Shown piece by piece: positions 34,521 through 46,087 of a DNA stretch of 64,000 bases. Position 1 is the stretch's first letter. Each line of letters begins with the position of its first letter. This DNA comes from an uncultured beta proteobacterium. Lineage in GTDB: Bacteria > Pseudomonadota > Gammaproteobacteria > Burkholderiales > SG8-41. A program made the position numbers and the translations under genes. The notes below the pieces were generated by a model. That model was not told the origin of the DNA and did no database searches. It saw only the letters and a program-made list of their open reading frames with translations. The DNA lies in the NCBI GenBank assembly GCA_963804885.1, contig CAWDSF010000017.1, positions 241-64,240 of the forward strand, written 5' to 3'.

Positions 34521-35551
34521 CTATTCCGCGCGCTGCGCCGTCCGCAATCCGCGCAATTCCTGCGCGAGCTCGTAGACCGCCAGCGCGTAATTCACGCTGC
34601 GGTTGTAGCGCGTGATCACGTAAAAATTGTTGAAGCCGATCCAGTGGCGCGTGCCGGCGTCGGTTTCGGCCGCGAACACCGCTGCCTTCATGTCATCGGC
34701 GACGATATAAGCGGGCGAGCCGCCGGCGCGCTTGATCGCCGCCACCGTCGTCTGCGGATTGATGCCGCGCTCGACCAGCGCCTTGAACTCGTCACTGATC
34801 GGGTCGGTCCGACTGCTCGATCTGCGCCAATACCGGCTCGCCCGGCAGCCAGCCGTAGGTTCTTGTAATAATTCGCGATGCTGCCGATGGCGTCCTGCGT
34901 GGTTCCATAAATCCCGCTTGCCGTCGCCGTCGAAGTCGACCGCATAGCGGCGATAACTGCTCGGCAGAAACTGCGGCAACTCCGAGCGCACCCGCATACG
35001 AGCCCTTGATTTGCAGCGGGTCGGTATTGCAGCTCGCGCGTAAGCAGCAGAAATTCGGCGAGCTCGCCGCGAAAGCGCTCGGCGCGCGGCGGATAGTTAA
35101 AGGCCAGCGTATACAGCGCATCGAAAACCTTGCTCGTGCCGATCACACGGCCGTAAAACGACTCGACGCCCACCGTCGCCACCAGCAATTCCTCAGGGAC
35201 TCCCGTTTCCGCGGCAACCTTCGCGAGCACACCGGCATAGCGCTGCCAATAGGCAAGGCCGCCGTTGATGCGCGCGGGATTCACATGGCTCGCGCGAAAC
35301 ACATGCCATGGCTGCGCGGTCGTCGGGTTCGCGATAGCTTTCAATATGCCGTGCTGCACGCGCGCCTGGCCGAACCAGCGTTCGAGCTTGCGCCGGTCGA
35401 AATTATGCTCGGCGGCGAATTGCTCGATGAAAACGGCCACGTCGGAATCGGGCGCGATCGACGCGGCGTGCAGATGGCCGGATTGCGCGAGCATAGACGC
35501 GCACCATGCGAGTCCTGCCAGCGCGAGGCGAGCGAATGACGCGACGGTCAC
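34521..35551 (-). CDS. mltB: Lytic murein transglycosylase B (frameshifted)
   Basis: GVESFYG, GSYAGA.G, QFLPSSY..YAVDFDGDG, NFYVITRYNRS.NYA. Confidence 0.9.
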
Positions 35552-36576
35552 AGCGCGTTGAGCGAATCGACGACTTTGCGGTCGAAGACCAACCCTTCGA
35601 TCCGCCGGCGCTCGCGTTCTCGAAACGAGCGCTCGGACGGCACGCGGATTTCGTCGACGCCGGGACGCCGCGGCGTCGCCTTGATCTTGTCGACGAGTTC
35701 CGCCATGTGATCGGGGAATTCGCCGCCGGGCAGCGTCAGCTTGGGATCGATGACGAGCAGCAGAAAACCGTAGTCCTTGACTTTGCTCTGCGCGAGGCCA
35801 GCGCCGGCGAGTAGTCCAAGTGCCTGTACTGCAAACGACAAGCCGTAACCCTTGTGGCCACCAAACGGCACCCAGCCGCCGCGCAATGCCGCATTGGGGT
35901 CGCGCGTCGGGTTGCCGTGTTCGTCGAACGCAATGCCTTCGGGCAGTTCCTGGCCGATGTGCGCGAACAATTGCACTTCCCCGACCATGATGGATGCAGT
36001 TCCGATGTCATAAATGACCGGCCCCTTCGACGACGGGAAACCGATGCACAGCGGATTGGTGCCGAATATCGGCTTGATGCCTCCGACCGGCAGAACATGC
36101 GGCCGCGTGCTTGCCGCATGAATGCCGACGAACCCCGCCTTCGCGATCATTTCCATGAAATAGGCGCTGCGGCCGCTGTAATAGCTGTCGTACACGCCGA
36201 CCATCGCAAAGCCGCGGTCACGCGCTTTATTGATTGCGACCTCGGTCGCCTTATACACCGACACATAGCCGAGATTGTTGCCGCCGTCGATCAGCGCCGA
36301 CAGCGGCGTCTCATGCACGACTTTGATCGGCCGGCGCTCGTTCTGCGTCTTGTTGTTGCCGGCAATCGCCAGAATGCGCGGCAGACTCGCAAACCGGTAA
36401 CCGCACAGCGCGTTGTCAACCAGCTGGTCCGCGATGATTCTGGCGTCTTCGTCCGTAAAGCCGACGCGCTTCAGTGCGCTGACGGCAAGCTCGCCGGCAG
36501 CCTCAGGCGTCATTCGGATGGTGTCGGGCGTATCGGCGTCGAGCAAGGCGCCCTGGTGCGTGGTAGCCGCGGTCAT
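35548..36576 (-). CDS. Ldh_2 family (malate/L-lactate/sulfolactate dehydrogenase-like) oxidoreductase
   Basis: IDGGNNLG, FGTNPLCIGFP, PFGGHKGYGL, VPSE. Confidence 0.88.
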   Translation of the reverse strand: MTAATTHQGALLDADTPDTIRMTPEAAGELAVSALKRVGFTDEDARIIADQLVDNALCGYRFASLPRILAIAGNNKTQNERRPIKVVHETPLSALIDGGNNLGYVSVYKATEVAINKARDRGFAMVGVYDSYYSGRSAYFMEMIAKAGFVGIHAASTRPHVLPVGGIKPIFGTNPLCIGFPSSKGPVIYDIGTASIMVGEVQLFAHIGQELPEGIAFDEHGNPTRDPNAALRGGWVPFGGHKGYGLSFAVQALGLLAGAGLAQSKVKDYGFLLLVIDPKLTLPGGEFPDHMAELVDKIKATPRRPGVDEIRVPSERSFRERERRRIEGLVFDRKVVDSLNAL

Positions 36577-36693
36577 GCGGAACTTCCTCTAGTGTTAGCT
36601 AAGAGAGCCGATTATAAGCGGATGTCTGCCGGCAGAAAGCGTTGTGCGTGCGATGCCTTATAATCCGGCCACCGATCGCGAGAAAATTTCGAC

Positions 36694-37172
36694 GTGCAAA
36701 TAAAATTTACGCTCAACGGCGAACCGGTCACAACGCACTTTACGAGCGGCGACCGCCTGCTCGTCGACGTGTTGCGCGAAGACCTGCAGTTGACCGGCAC
36801 CAAGCACGGCTGCGGCATCGGCGCGTGCGGCACCTGCACCGTGATCGTCGATGGCCTGCCCGTCGCGTCCTGCCTGCAGCTGGCGGCGCTCGTCGACGGC
36901 GCCGATGTGCGCACGGTCGAAGGGCTCGCCGGCGCCGCGTCGCTGCATGTAGTCCAGCAGGCGTTTATCAACGCGGCGGCACTGCAATGCGGAATCTGCA
37001 CGCCGGGCCACGTGATGGCGGCGTGCGCGCTGCTCGCAAAAACGCCGACACCCACGGACGACCGAGATCCGCACCAGCGTCGAAAGCGTCTATTGCCGCT
37101 GCACCGGCTACGTCCGCATCGAGGCCGCGTATCACGAAGCGGTCGCGCTCGCGCAAAAAGCAGCGCGCATGA
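36694..37172 (+). CDS. Molybdenum hydroxylase small [2Fe-2S] subunit (CoxS-like; frameshift near 37060)
   Basis: GTKHGCGIGACGTCTV, QCGICTPG, then YCRCTGY in the shifted frame; ATGA overlap with the next gene. Confidence 0.9.
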
Positions 37173-39596
37173 ACCAGCGCGACCCAAACCTGCGTCCCGC
37201 CGGCAGCTTGCTGGTCGTCGGCAAGAGATGTGCCGCGCACCGACGCGATTCCCAAGGTTACCGGCGCCGCGCAATACGTCGCGGACCTGCACATGCCGGG
37301 CATGCTCCACGCGGCCGTGCTGCGCAGCCCGCATCCGCACGCGCGCACTGCTCAGCATCGACATCACCGCCGCGGCGGCTCTGCCGGGCGTCAAGGCGGT
37401 CGTCACCGGCGCCGACACGGCGCGCAAAAAATGGGGCTGCTTCCGGCCCGACCTCTATCCGCTCGCGATCGACAAGGTGCGTTACGTCGGCGACGAGGTC
37501 GCGGCCGTAGCGGCGCGCGACCCGCAGACCGCACGCGCGGCGATCGACCTGATCAAGGTCGAATACGAAGTGCTGCCCGCCGTGCTGTCGCTCGACGAGG
37601 CGCTCGCGCCCGGCGCGCCGCGCGTGCACGACGATGCGGAAGGCAATGTCGCGCACCAGTTCGCGTTCGAGCGCGGCGACGTCGACGCCGGCTTCAAGGC
37701 GAGCGACGTGATCGTCGAAGGCACATGGCAAAGCGCGCGCCAGTGGCACACGTCGCTCGAGACGATCGGCTGCGTCGCGCAATGGACCGGCGACCGTGTG
37801 TCGCTGTGGTGCAATACGCAGACGCCGTTTCTCGCGCGCGGGCGCTACGCGATCGCGCTCGGGTTGCCGGAAAGCAAGGTGCGCGTCGTGCAGACCGAAG
37901 TCGGCGGCGGTTTCGGCGGCAAGTCGGGCGACGACAACGCGTCCGTGATCTGCGCGCTGCTCGCGAAGAAATCCGGCAAGCCGGTCAAGCTCATCCACAC
38001 GCGCGAAGAAGAGTTCCTCGCGAGCCACCCGCGCATGCCGATGCGCTACTGGGTGCGGCTCGGCTTTTCGCGCGACGGCCGTATCAAAGCCAAAGAAATC
38101 AAGATGCTCGCCGACAACGGCGCCTACACCGGCAAGTCGCAGGCCATACTCGGCGCGGCGACGGTGCGCCACGACGCGCTCTACAAGTATCCCTGCGCGC
38201 GCGCCGATTCGACGCTCGTCTACACGAACCTCGTGCCGACGGGCGCGTTTCGCGGTTTCGGCAACCCTTCCGCGGACTGGGCCGTCGAGCAATGCTGGGA
38301 TCTCGCCGCCGAGAAGCTCGGCATCGACGTGGTCGATCTCCTGCGGCTCAACGCGGTCGAGCCCGGCGATGTGTCGCCGCACAATCACAAGATCACGAGC
38401 TGCGAGCTGAAGCAGTGCATCGACAAATCCGCACACATGATCGGCTGGAAAGAGAAACGCGCAAAGCGCACGCCCGATCGCGGGCTCGGCATCGGCTGCA
38501 GCGTGCACGTGAACGGCCGCCGCAGCTTCGGCGACTGGGACGGCAGTTCCGCGATCGTGCGCATCAACGACGACGGCCGCGCGACCATCATCACCGGCGA
38601 AGGCGAAATCGGCCAGGGCACGCTGACGGTGCTGCGGCAGATCGCGGCTGAAGAACTCGGACTTGCCGTACGACGACGTCGATATCACGCGCCCCGACAC
38701 TGACGTTCAGCCGTACGCACTCGGCGCGCTCGCAAGCCGCGTCACTTACGTCGCCGGCAATGCGGTCAAGCGCGCCGCCGCGGCCGCGTTGAAACAGTTG
38801 CTCGACGCCGCATCGCGCGCAATTCAACTTGCCGCCGGAAGAGCTGACCGTGCTCAATGGCGAGATCGGACCGCGGCGCGGACGCGAAACCGATTTCAAG
38901 CCGGTCGCGCGCCGTCGTGCGCGCGCATATCTACCAGCCGAACGGCCAGCCGATCATCGGCGTCGGCAATTTCGACAATCCTTCCGAGTTTCCCGATCAC
39001 AGCCGCTACGGCAACGAGTCGGGTGCGTACAACTTCGCGGCGCAGGCCGCCGAAGTCGAAGTCGATCGCGGCACCGGCAAAGTGACGGTGCTCGAGATCG
39101 CCTGCCGCGGTCGATTGCGGCACCGTGATCCACCCCGCTGCCGCCGAGGGCCAGGTCACGGGCGCCGTCACGCAGGGTCTCGGGCTCGCGGTCACCGAAT
39201 ATTTCGACTGGCACAACGGCGTGCCGACCGACCCGAATCTCAAGGACTATCCGATTGCCGTCGGCGGCGATGATGCCGAAGATACACGTCGCGTTCGCCG
39301 ACTCGTACGAGCCGTCGGGCCCGTACGGCGCGAAAGGCCTCGGCGAAATCGGGCTCGACGCGGTGCCGGCCGCGATCGCCAACGCGATCGCCGACGCCGT
39401 GGGCGTGCGCATCACCGAGATGCCGATCACTGCGGAGAAAATCTATCGCGCGCTGCACCCGGAATTGTTTACGGATGAACCGGCCTCTCCGGCACTGGCG
39501 CCCAAAGGCTCGGTGTGGACGCGCTTGATGGCCGGGCAGGCCGTCGGGCGCGCGACCGCCTGCGGCCGACTTCGTATTTGCGCAGAGCGTCGATGA
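37169..39596 (+). CDS. Xanthine-dehydrogenase-family molybdopterin-binding large subunit (several frameshifts)
   Basis: KVTGAAQY..D, VGGGFGGK, AFRGFG, GEGEIGQG, AAQAAEVEVD, GPYGAKGLGE; 3' boundary uncertain. Confidence 0.9.
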
Positions 39597-40447
39597 GATC
39601 GTCGCCGCGCTGGCGCAAGGCGACGCCGCGATCGTGTCCGGGCGGCATGTCGCACGCGATCCGGCGCGAGCGCACCGGGTTTGCGCAGGCAAAGCGGCTG
39701 ATCGCGGTCACGCGGGTGCCCGAGCTCAGGGAATTGTCGCTCGACGCGCGCGGCGTATTGAAAGCGAATGCCGCCGTGCCGCTGCAGGCGCTGTACGACG
39801 ACTATGCGTATCCGCAAAGGCTGGCAGGCGATCGACGAGTCGCTCGAAGCGGTCGGCATCGTGCGCCTGCGCCGCATGATCACCATCGGCGGCAGCATAG
39901 GGCCGTTGATCGGCGGCTTCGATCTGCCCGTCGCACTGCTCGCGCTTGGATTGTCGCGTAACAGTTGCCGGGCCGGGCGGTCGGCGCGTCGCGACGCTGC
40001 CCGATCTTTTCGAAAAACGCCTCGCGAAGGACGAAATGGTGGTCGGCATCGAAGTCGATCCGCTGGCGCCGCGCAGCGGCTCGTCGTTCTTCAAATACAT
40101 GGCGCGCAACGTGCTCGAGATACCGACGGTCAACACCGCCGCCGCGGTTACGGTCGATGCCACGGGGAAATGCACGCATGCGCGCGTCGTCGTCGGTTCG
40201 GTGAGCTGGAAACCGATCATCGTCGAGCCGCGCGAACTGATCGGCCAGCCGTTGGACGAAGACATTAGTGCGCCGCTCTGTCCAGGGTGTCCGCGCGCTG
40301 GCGCAGCCGATGGCCGACGTGCGCGGCTCGGTTGCGTACAAGCGCGAAATGGCGGTCGAGTTCGCGGCGCGCGCACTCTTGACCGCGTGGCAGCGAGCTG
40401 CTCAAGTAAAAGAGAAAACGGAGAGACTGCATGCCCGGCGGCACTGA
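39528..40447 (+). CDS. Molybdenum hydroxylase FAD-binding subunit/domain (CoxM-like; frameshifted, boundaries approximate)
   Basis: AQSVDEIVAAL..GG, RRMITIGGSI, D.PVALLAL, ARVVVGSV, P.ADVRGSVAYKREM. Confidence 0.8.
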
Positions 40448-41242
40448 CGGAAAGTTTACGACCAGCGACGGCTGCGACATCGCTTACACGCTGCGCTCTC
40501 ACGCCAATTCATACGCGCCGCGGGTAGCGCTGATCCATTCGCTCGCGCTCGATCGCAGCATCTGGAACGGCGTGATATCCGAGCTCTCGCTGTACGCCGC
40601 CATCCTCGCTTACGACTGCCGCGGCCACGGCCAGAGCTCGCGCGGTCGACATGCCTTATACCGCCGAACTGTTTGCGGACGACCTTGCGCAGCTGATGGA
40701 CCACGTCGGCTGGCAGGCGGCAGCCGTCGCCGGCTGCTCGATGGGCGGCTGCGTCGCGCAAGCGTTCGCGGCGAAATATCCGCAGCGCACACGCAGTGCA
40801 TGCCTGATCGACACGACCGCGTGGTACGGCGCCGACGCGCCGGCGAAATGGCGCGAGCGCGCGGCGACCGCAAAAGCCAAAGGCATGGGCGCGCTGATCG
40901 ACTTCCAGCTCGTGCGCTGGTTCACCGACGCGTATCGTACCGCGAATACAAAAACCACCAGCGCGCTCACCAAGGTATTTCTCGCGAACGACGTGCGCTG
41001 CTACGAACGGCACATGCGAAATGCTCGGCACGGAAGACCTGCGTCCGCTGCTCCCGTCGATCAAGGCGCCGACGGCGGTGGTCGTCGGCGCGGAAGACTA
41101 CGCCACGCCGGTCAGCATGGCCGAGGCGCTGCACAAGGCCATTCCCCAGTCAACGTTGGCGATCTTGCATGGCCGCCACATCACGCCAGTGGAATGCCCG
41201 CAGGACATCGCGCGCGCGCTGAAAAAGCTGCTGAAGGTCTAG
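40431..41242 (+). CDS. Alpha/beta hydrolase, 3-oxoadipate enol-lactonase (PcaD)-like (frameshifted)
   Basis: IHSLALD.SIW, YDCRGHGQS, nucleophile GCSMGG, RWFT, GAEDYATP, GRHITPVE. Confidence 0.85.
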
Positions 41243-41245
41243 GCG

Positions 41246-42223
41246 ATGATGACCGCTGCCGGCTTCACCAGGCGTTGTGCGCTGATCGTGGCCGCCGTTG
41301 CCAATGCCGGCACTGCATCAGCGCAGCATTATCCGGCCGGCCCCGTGCGCGTCGTGGTGCCCTTCCCTGCCGGCGGCGGCGTCGACAGCGCCGGCCGCCT
41401 CTTGACCGCCAAACTCACCGAAAACTTCGGCAAGTCGTTCGTTATCGAAAATCGCGGCGGCGCCAACGGCAACATCGGGACCGAAGCGGTTGGCAAATCG
41501 CCGAAAGACGGTTACACGCTGCTCTTCACCGGCGCCGGATTCGTCACCAATCCGAGCCTCTATGCAAAGGTCCCGTACGACGCAGTCAGGGATTTCGAGC
41601 CGATCAGCCTGATGGCGCTCGGCCCCAACGTGCTGGTCGTGCATCCTTCGCTGCCGGTCAAATCCGTAAAGGACCTGATCGCGCTCGCCAAAGCAAAACC
41701 CGGCGCAGTCGGTTTCGCAGGCTCCGGCAGCGGCAGCACGCCGCATCTCGCCGGCGAGCTTTTCAACACGCTGGCCGGCGTGCGCATGGTGCACATCCCG
41801 TATCGCGGCTCGGGCCCTGCGATGATAGGGCTCTTGAGCGGCGAAACGCCGGTCATGTTTCTGCCCGCGATCAACGCCGGCCCCCACGTGAAATCCGGAC
41901 GCTTGCGCGCCATCGCGGTGACGAGCACCTCCCGCCTCGCTTCGATGGCCGAATTGCCGACCGTTGCGGAGTCCGGGCTCAAAGGTTACGAGTCGAGCCA
42001 GTGGTACGGTGTGCTCGCGCCCGCGGGAACACCCGAAGATGTCCTGAACCTCCTGAATTCACATGTCGTGAAGATCGTACAAAGCGCGGACATGAAACAG
42101 CGGCTGATCGACGACGGCATCGTGCCGGTCGGCAACTCGCGCCAGCAATTCGCGGCATACGTCAAGGCGGAGCTCGTCAAATGGGCGGACGTCGTCAAGC
42201 GGTCAGGCGCGCGCATCGAATGA
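41246..42223 (+). CDS. Bug/TctC substrate-binding protein
   Basis: VVPFPAGGGVD, NRGGANGNIG, DGYTLL, HIPYRGSGPA, WYGVLAPAGTP. Confidence 0.93.
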   Translation: MMTAAGFTRRCALIVAAVANAGTASAQHYPAGPVRVVVPFPAGGGVDSAGRLLTAKLTENFGKSFVIENRGGANGNIGTEAVGKSPKDGYTLLFTGAGFVTNPSLYAKVPYDAVRDFEPISLMALGPNVLVVHPSLPVKSVKDLIALAKAKPGAVGFAGSGSGSTPHLAGELFNTLAGVRMVHIPYRGSGPAMIGLLSGETPVMFLPAINAGPHVKSGRLRAIAVTSTSRLASMAELPTVAESGLKGYESSQWYGVLAPAGTPEDVLNLLNSHVVKIVQSADMKQRLIDDGIVPVGNSRQQFAAYVKAELVKWADVVKRSGARIE

Positions 42224-43176
42224 CGCGCGCTGCGCTGTTCGCCGCGCTCGCATTTGCCACGGCGCACAGTGCGGTTGCGCAGAACTATCCCGCGCGCCCT
42301 CTGCGCATCATCGTCCCCCAAAGCGCCGGCGGCTCGACCGACCTCGTCGCGCGCCCGCTCGCGCGCAAGCTCGCCGACGCGCTGGGCCAGTCCGTCGTCG
42401 TCGATAACCGGCCCGGCGCCGGCAGCGTGATCGGCACCGATCTCGTCGCCAAGGCGGCGCCCGACGGCTACACGCTGCTCGCGGTCGCCGCGTCGGTGAC
42501 CATGAGCCCGAGTCTCTACAAGCTTCCGTTCGACCCGGTGCGCGATCTTGCCGCGATCAGCCAGCTCACGTCATTGCCGAACATCCTGGTGGCGCACCCT
42601 TCGCTGCCGGTCAACTCGGTCGCGGAGTTCATCGCTTACGCGAAAGCGCGGCCCGGTCAGCTGAATTTCGGCTCGAGTGGCATCGCGACCGGCACGCACC
42701 TCTCGATGGAACTCCTGATGTACATGACCGGCATCCGGCTCACGCACGTGCCATACAAAGGCGGTTCGCTCAACGTGAATGCATTGATCGCGGGCGAAAC
42801 GCAGGTCAATTTCTCCACGATCTCGACCGCTTTGCCGCACGTCAAAACCGGCCGCCTGCGCGCGCTTGCGGTATCCACTGCCAGGCGTTCGACTGCCGCG
42901 CCGGACGTGCCGACCCTCGCGGAAAGCGGCGTTAGAAATTACGATTATTCGTCGTGGATAGGGCTGCTCGCACCGGCGAGAACACCGGCAGCCGTGATTT
43001 CGCGGCTCAACGCGGAGGCGGTGAAAGCGATTCACTCGCCCGACATGAAATCGATCCTCGCGGTCGAAGCGTCGGAAGCGGTCGGCACTACGCCGGCGGA
43101 ATTCGACTCAATCATGAAGATCGAAGTCGCGCGCTGGATGAAGGTGGTCAAAGCAGCAGGCATCAAAGGCGAATGA
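42220..43176 (+). CDS. Bug/TctC substrate-binding protein
   Basis: MTRAALF..AQNYPARPLRIIVPQSAGGSTD, NRPGAGSVIG, HVPYKGG; ATGA overlap with the previous gene. Confidence 0.93.
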   Translation: MTRAALFAALAFATAHSAVAQNYPARPLRIIVPQSAGGSTDLVARPLARKLADALGQSVVVDNRPGAGSVIGTDLVAKAAPDGYTLLAVAASVTMSPSLYKLPFDPVRDLAAISQLTSLPNILVAHPSLPVNSVAEFIAYAKARPGQLNFGSSGIATGTHLSMELLMYMTGIRLTHVPYKGGSLNVNALIAGETQVNFSTISTALPHVKTGRLRALAVSTARRSTAAPDVPTLAESGVRNYDYSSWIGLLAPARTPAAVISRLNAEAVKAIHSPDMKSILAVEASEAVGTTPAEFDSIMKIEVARWMKVVKAAGIKGE

Positions 43177-43264
43177 AGATAGACGCCATTGAATATGCGG
43201 CACACTGATAGACACTCGCTCATCTTGGTAGAATCGTCGCACCAATTCGCACGAGGGCGTTTGT

Positions 43265-45064
43265 ATGGACGAATCTAGAATCGATATCGACCATCCCGTA
43301 ACGAGCGGACCGGCCGTCGCGCAATGGGGCAGCGACCACATTGCTGACGTGATGCGCGCCTTGAACTTCGATTATCTCGCTCTGACACCGGGCGCGAGCT
43401 TTCGAGGTCTGCACGACAGTCTGGTCAACTATCTGGGCAACACCCGTCCGCGCATGCTGCTTGCACTGCACGAGGAAAGTGCGGTTGCGATCGCCCATGG
43501 CTACGCAAAAATCACCGGCAAGCCGATGGGCGTCGTGCTCCATAGCAACGTGGGGCTGCTGCACGCGTCGATGGCAATCTTCAATGCCTGGTGCGAGCGG
43601 GTGCCGATGCTGCTCTATGGCGGCAACGGTCCGATGGATGCCGCCGCGCGCCGTCCCTGGGTTGATTGGATGCATACCTGCACCGACCAGGCGGCTCTGG
43701 TGCGCCCCTACATCAAGTGGGACAACCAGCCGGCGTCGCTGGCCGCGACAGCGGAAGCGATGCTGCGCGCGTCGATGATCGCGCAAACGACGCCATGCGC
43801 ACCGACGTACGTGATATTCGATTCCGCGTTGCAGGAGCAAAAGCTCGACAAGCCGTTGCCCGTTCCGGATGTCGCCCGGTATATGGCGCCGGCACCCGCC
43901 TATCCCGCTCCGGACACGTTGCGCCAAGCGGCCAAGCTGCTCGGCAATGCAAAGCGCCCCCTGCTGCTCGCCGGACGGGGCAGCCGAACGGTCGAAGCCT
44001 GGAACAATCGCATCGCATTGGCTGAAGTACTCGGTGCGCGCGTATTGACGAGCCTCCGAACGGCCGCCGCCTTTCCATCCGACCATCCTCTGCACGCCGG
44101 CACGCCGATTAAATTCGTCAACGATTTCGTAATTGACGCTGTACGCAGCTCAGACGTCATCTTGAGCCTCGACTGGATCGATCTCGCCGGCTTGCTCAAG
44201 CAGGCGTGGAAATCTGAACCGGTAAACGCCAAGGTCATCCAGGCCTCGGTCGATGTTCAGGTCCATAACGGCTTCAGCATGGACCACCTCGGGCTGCCGG
44301 CGGTGGACCTTAATCTGCTCACCGACCCGGATGTCGCGGCCACCGCGCTGCTCGCGGAATTGCGCGCGACGCGGCCAGCGCGCAAATTCGAAACGCCTGC
44401 CGCCCGGGATACGGGCAGCGCATCCGCAGCGGCGGCGCCATCATCCGCCGACGTCATCGGTGTGCGCAAGCTGGCCGCCGCGATCAACACAATAGCCGCA
44501 GAGCAGGAAACCTGCCTTATCCGCCTGAATCTTGGCTGGCCGGCGGACATGACACGCTACAACCATCCGCTGGACTATCTGGGCGGCGACGGTGGTGGCG
44601 GCATCGGCGCAGGGCCCGGATTGACTGTCGGCGCCGCGCTCGCGCTGCGCGGCACCGGCCGCCTGCCGCTCGCGGTGCTCGGTGACGGCGATTTCATCAT
44701 GGGCATAAGCGCGCTCTGGACTGCCACCCACAGCAGAATTCCGCTGCTGATCGTCGTCGCCAACAACCGCTCGTTTTTCAATGACGAGATGCACCAGGAA
44801 CGCATGGCAGTGCTGCGCGGCAGGCCGGTGGAGAATCGCTGGATCGGACAGCGCATCGACGATCCCGGCATCGACCTCGCGGGATTGGCGCGCGCGCAGG
44901 GAGCAATCGCGATCGGCCCGGTAAAGAGCGCCCGCGACATGGAACCCGTATTGCGCGACGCCGTGGCAAAGACCAGGGCCGGCGCGGTTGTCGTGGTCGA
45001 GATTATGGTGACGGCAGAATACGACGATGCGATCGCGCGCACGATGGTGCGGGGTTCGCAGTAG
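43265..45064 (+). CDS. Thiamine diphosphate-dependent enzyme (acetolactate synthase / decarboxylase superfamily)
   Basis: PGASFRGLHDS, LHEESAVAIAHGY, ThDP motif GDGDF...ANNRSFFND. Confidence 0.9.
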   Translation: MDESRIDIDHPVTSGPAVAQWGSDHIADVMRALNFDYLALTPGASFRGLHDSLVNYLGNTRPRMLLALHEESAVAIAHGYAKITGKPMGVVLHSNVGLLHASMAIFNAWCERVPMLLYGGNGPMDAAARRPWVDWMHTCTDQAALVRPYIKWDNQPASLAATAEAMLRASMIAQTTPCAPTYVIFDSALQEQKLDKPLPVPDVARYMAPAPAYPAPDTLRQAAKLLGNAKRPLLLAGRGSRTVEAWNNRIALAEVLGARVLTSLRTAAAFPSDHPLHAGTPIKFVNDFVIDAVRSSDVILSLDWIDLAGLLKQAWKSEPVNAKVIQASVDVQVHNGFSMDHLGLPAVDLNLLTDPDVAATALLAELRATRPARKFETPAARDTGSASAAAAPSSADVIGVRKLAAAINTIAAEQETCLIRLNLGWPADMTRYNHPLDYLGGDGGGGIGAGPGLTVGAALALRGTGRLPLAVLGDGDFIMGISALWTATHSRIPLLIVVANNRSFFNDEMHQERMAVLRGRPVENRWIGQRIDDPGIDLAGLARAQGAIAIGPVKSARDMEPVLRDAVAKTRAGAVVVVEIMVTAEYDDAIARTMVRGSQ

Positions 45065-46060
45065 TTATTCTTTCCTGATCCCCGCGAGCTTGATCACTTT
45101 CGCGTACTTCGCGATTTCGCTCTTCAGAAACGCATCGAATTCCTCGCCGGTGCCGCCGCCGGGTTCCTGGCCGTCGGCGATCAATTGCTCGCGCACATCC
45201 CGGCGGGTCAGCACGGCGTCAAGATCGGCATTCAGCTTCGCCACGATGGCCCGGGGCGTGGCAGCGGGTGCCATGAATCCGAACCATACGCTGGTGGTCA
45301 TCTCGGGATAGCCAAGTTCGATGAAGGTGGCGACTTCCGGAATCATGGGCAAACGCGCCGTGCTGCCGGTGGCCAGCGCACGCAGCCGTCCGCTCTTGAT
45401 GTGCGGCACGAGCGACGAGATTCCCGCGAAGAGCAGTTCAACCTGGCCGCCGATCGTATCGGTGATTGCGGGTGCGCTGCCTTTGTAGGGCACGTGCACG
45501 ATGTCGATTTTGGCATTGATCTTGAAGAGTTCTCCCGCCATCTGGTTCGCGGAGCCCAGGCCGCCCGAGGCGAAGCTCAATTGGCCCGGTCGGGACTTTG
45601 CCAGCGCGATCAGTTCGGTGACCGACCGTGCCGGCAGTGACGGATGCACCGACAAGACGTTGGGGACGCGCGTGGCGAGCACTAGCGGTGTGAAATCGGT
45701 CATGAGGTCGTAGGGCAGCTTGCCCATCAGCGAGATATTGATCGCGTTCGGGGGTCCTGCGAGCAGCAGGGTATGGCCGTCGGCGGGCGACTTCGCCGCC
45801 AGAAGTGAGCCTATATTGGTCGCGCCGCCGGGCCGATTATCAAGGATAACCTGCTGGCCCCAGATCACTGCGACCCGCTGGGCCACGATGCGTGCGATGA
45901 GATCGGCATTGGCGCCTGGCGCATACGGAACGATCACGCGCACCGCGCGGGCCGGGAACGCCTGCGCCCACGCGCCGTCCGACAAGCACAGCGACAACAA
46001 CACCATTGCCAATGCGTATCGTGGACCGGCGTTCTCCTTCGACCTTCGCCCGACCGGCAT
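45065..46060 (-). CDS. Bug/TctC substrate-binding protein
   Basis: IVPYAPGANAD, NRPGGATNIG, HVPYKGSAPA, WFGFMAPA. Confidence 0.93.
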   Translation of the reverse strand: MPVGRRSKENAGPRYALAMVLLSLCLSDGAWAQAFPARAVRVIVPYAPGANADLIARIVAQRVAVIWGQQVILDNRPGGATNIGSLLAAKSPADGHTLLLAGPPNAINISLMGKLPYDLMTDFTPLVLATRVPNVLSVHPSLPARSVTELIALAKSRPGQLSFASGGLGSANQMAGELFKINAKIDIVHVPYKGSAPAITDTIGGQVELLFAGISSLVPHIKSGRLRALATGSTARLPMIPEVATFIELGYPEMTTSVWFGFMAPAATPRAIVAKLNADLDAVLTRRDVREQLIADGQEPGGGTGEEFDAFLKSEIAKYAKVIKLAGIRKE

Positions 46061-46087
46061 ACGTTGCGCTCCCCGCGAATTAGATTT

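Noticed and set aside
37258-38700. Long antisense/shadow ORFs (e.g. 37258..38700 minus, 1373..2674 plus, 33414..34484 minus)
   Set aside because: They overlap well-supported genes, have no recognisable motifs, and are expected in high-GC DNA.
36694-38703. 669-aa FeS-Mo fusion ORF
   Set aside because: The small subunit's YCRCTGY end lies in another frame that stops at 37172 with an ATGA overlap into the large subunit, so the fusion is an indel artefact.
37169-39596. Naming the Mo enzyme as CO dehydrogenase or 4-hydroxybenzoyl-CoA reductase
   Set aside because: It has AFRGFG instead of the CoxL AYxCSFR motif, and I saw no extra Fe-S insertion in the FAD subunit or benzoyl-CoA pathway genes. 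The substrate cannot be assigned.
40651-43176. 841-aa hydrolase-Bug fusion ORF
   Set aside because: The middle section is an off-frame read of the Bug gene 41246..42223, and the second Bug gene has its own signal peptide at 42220.
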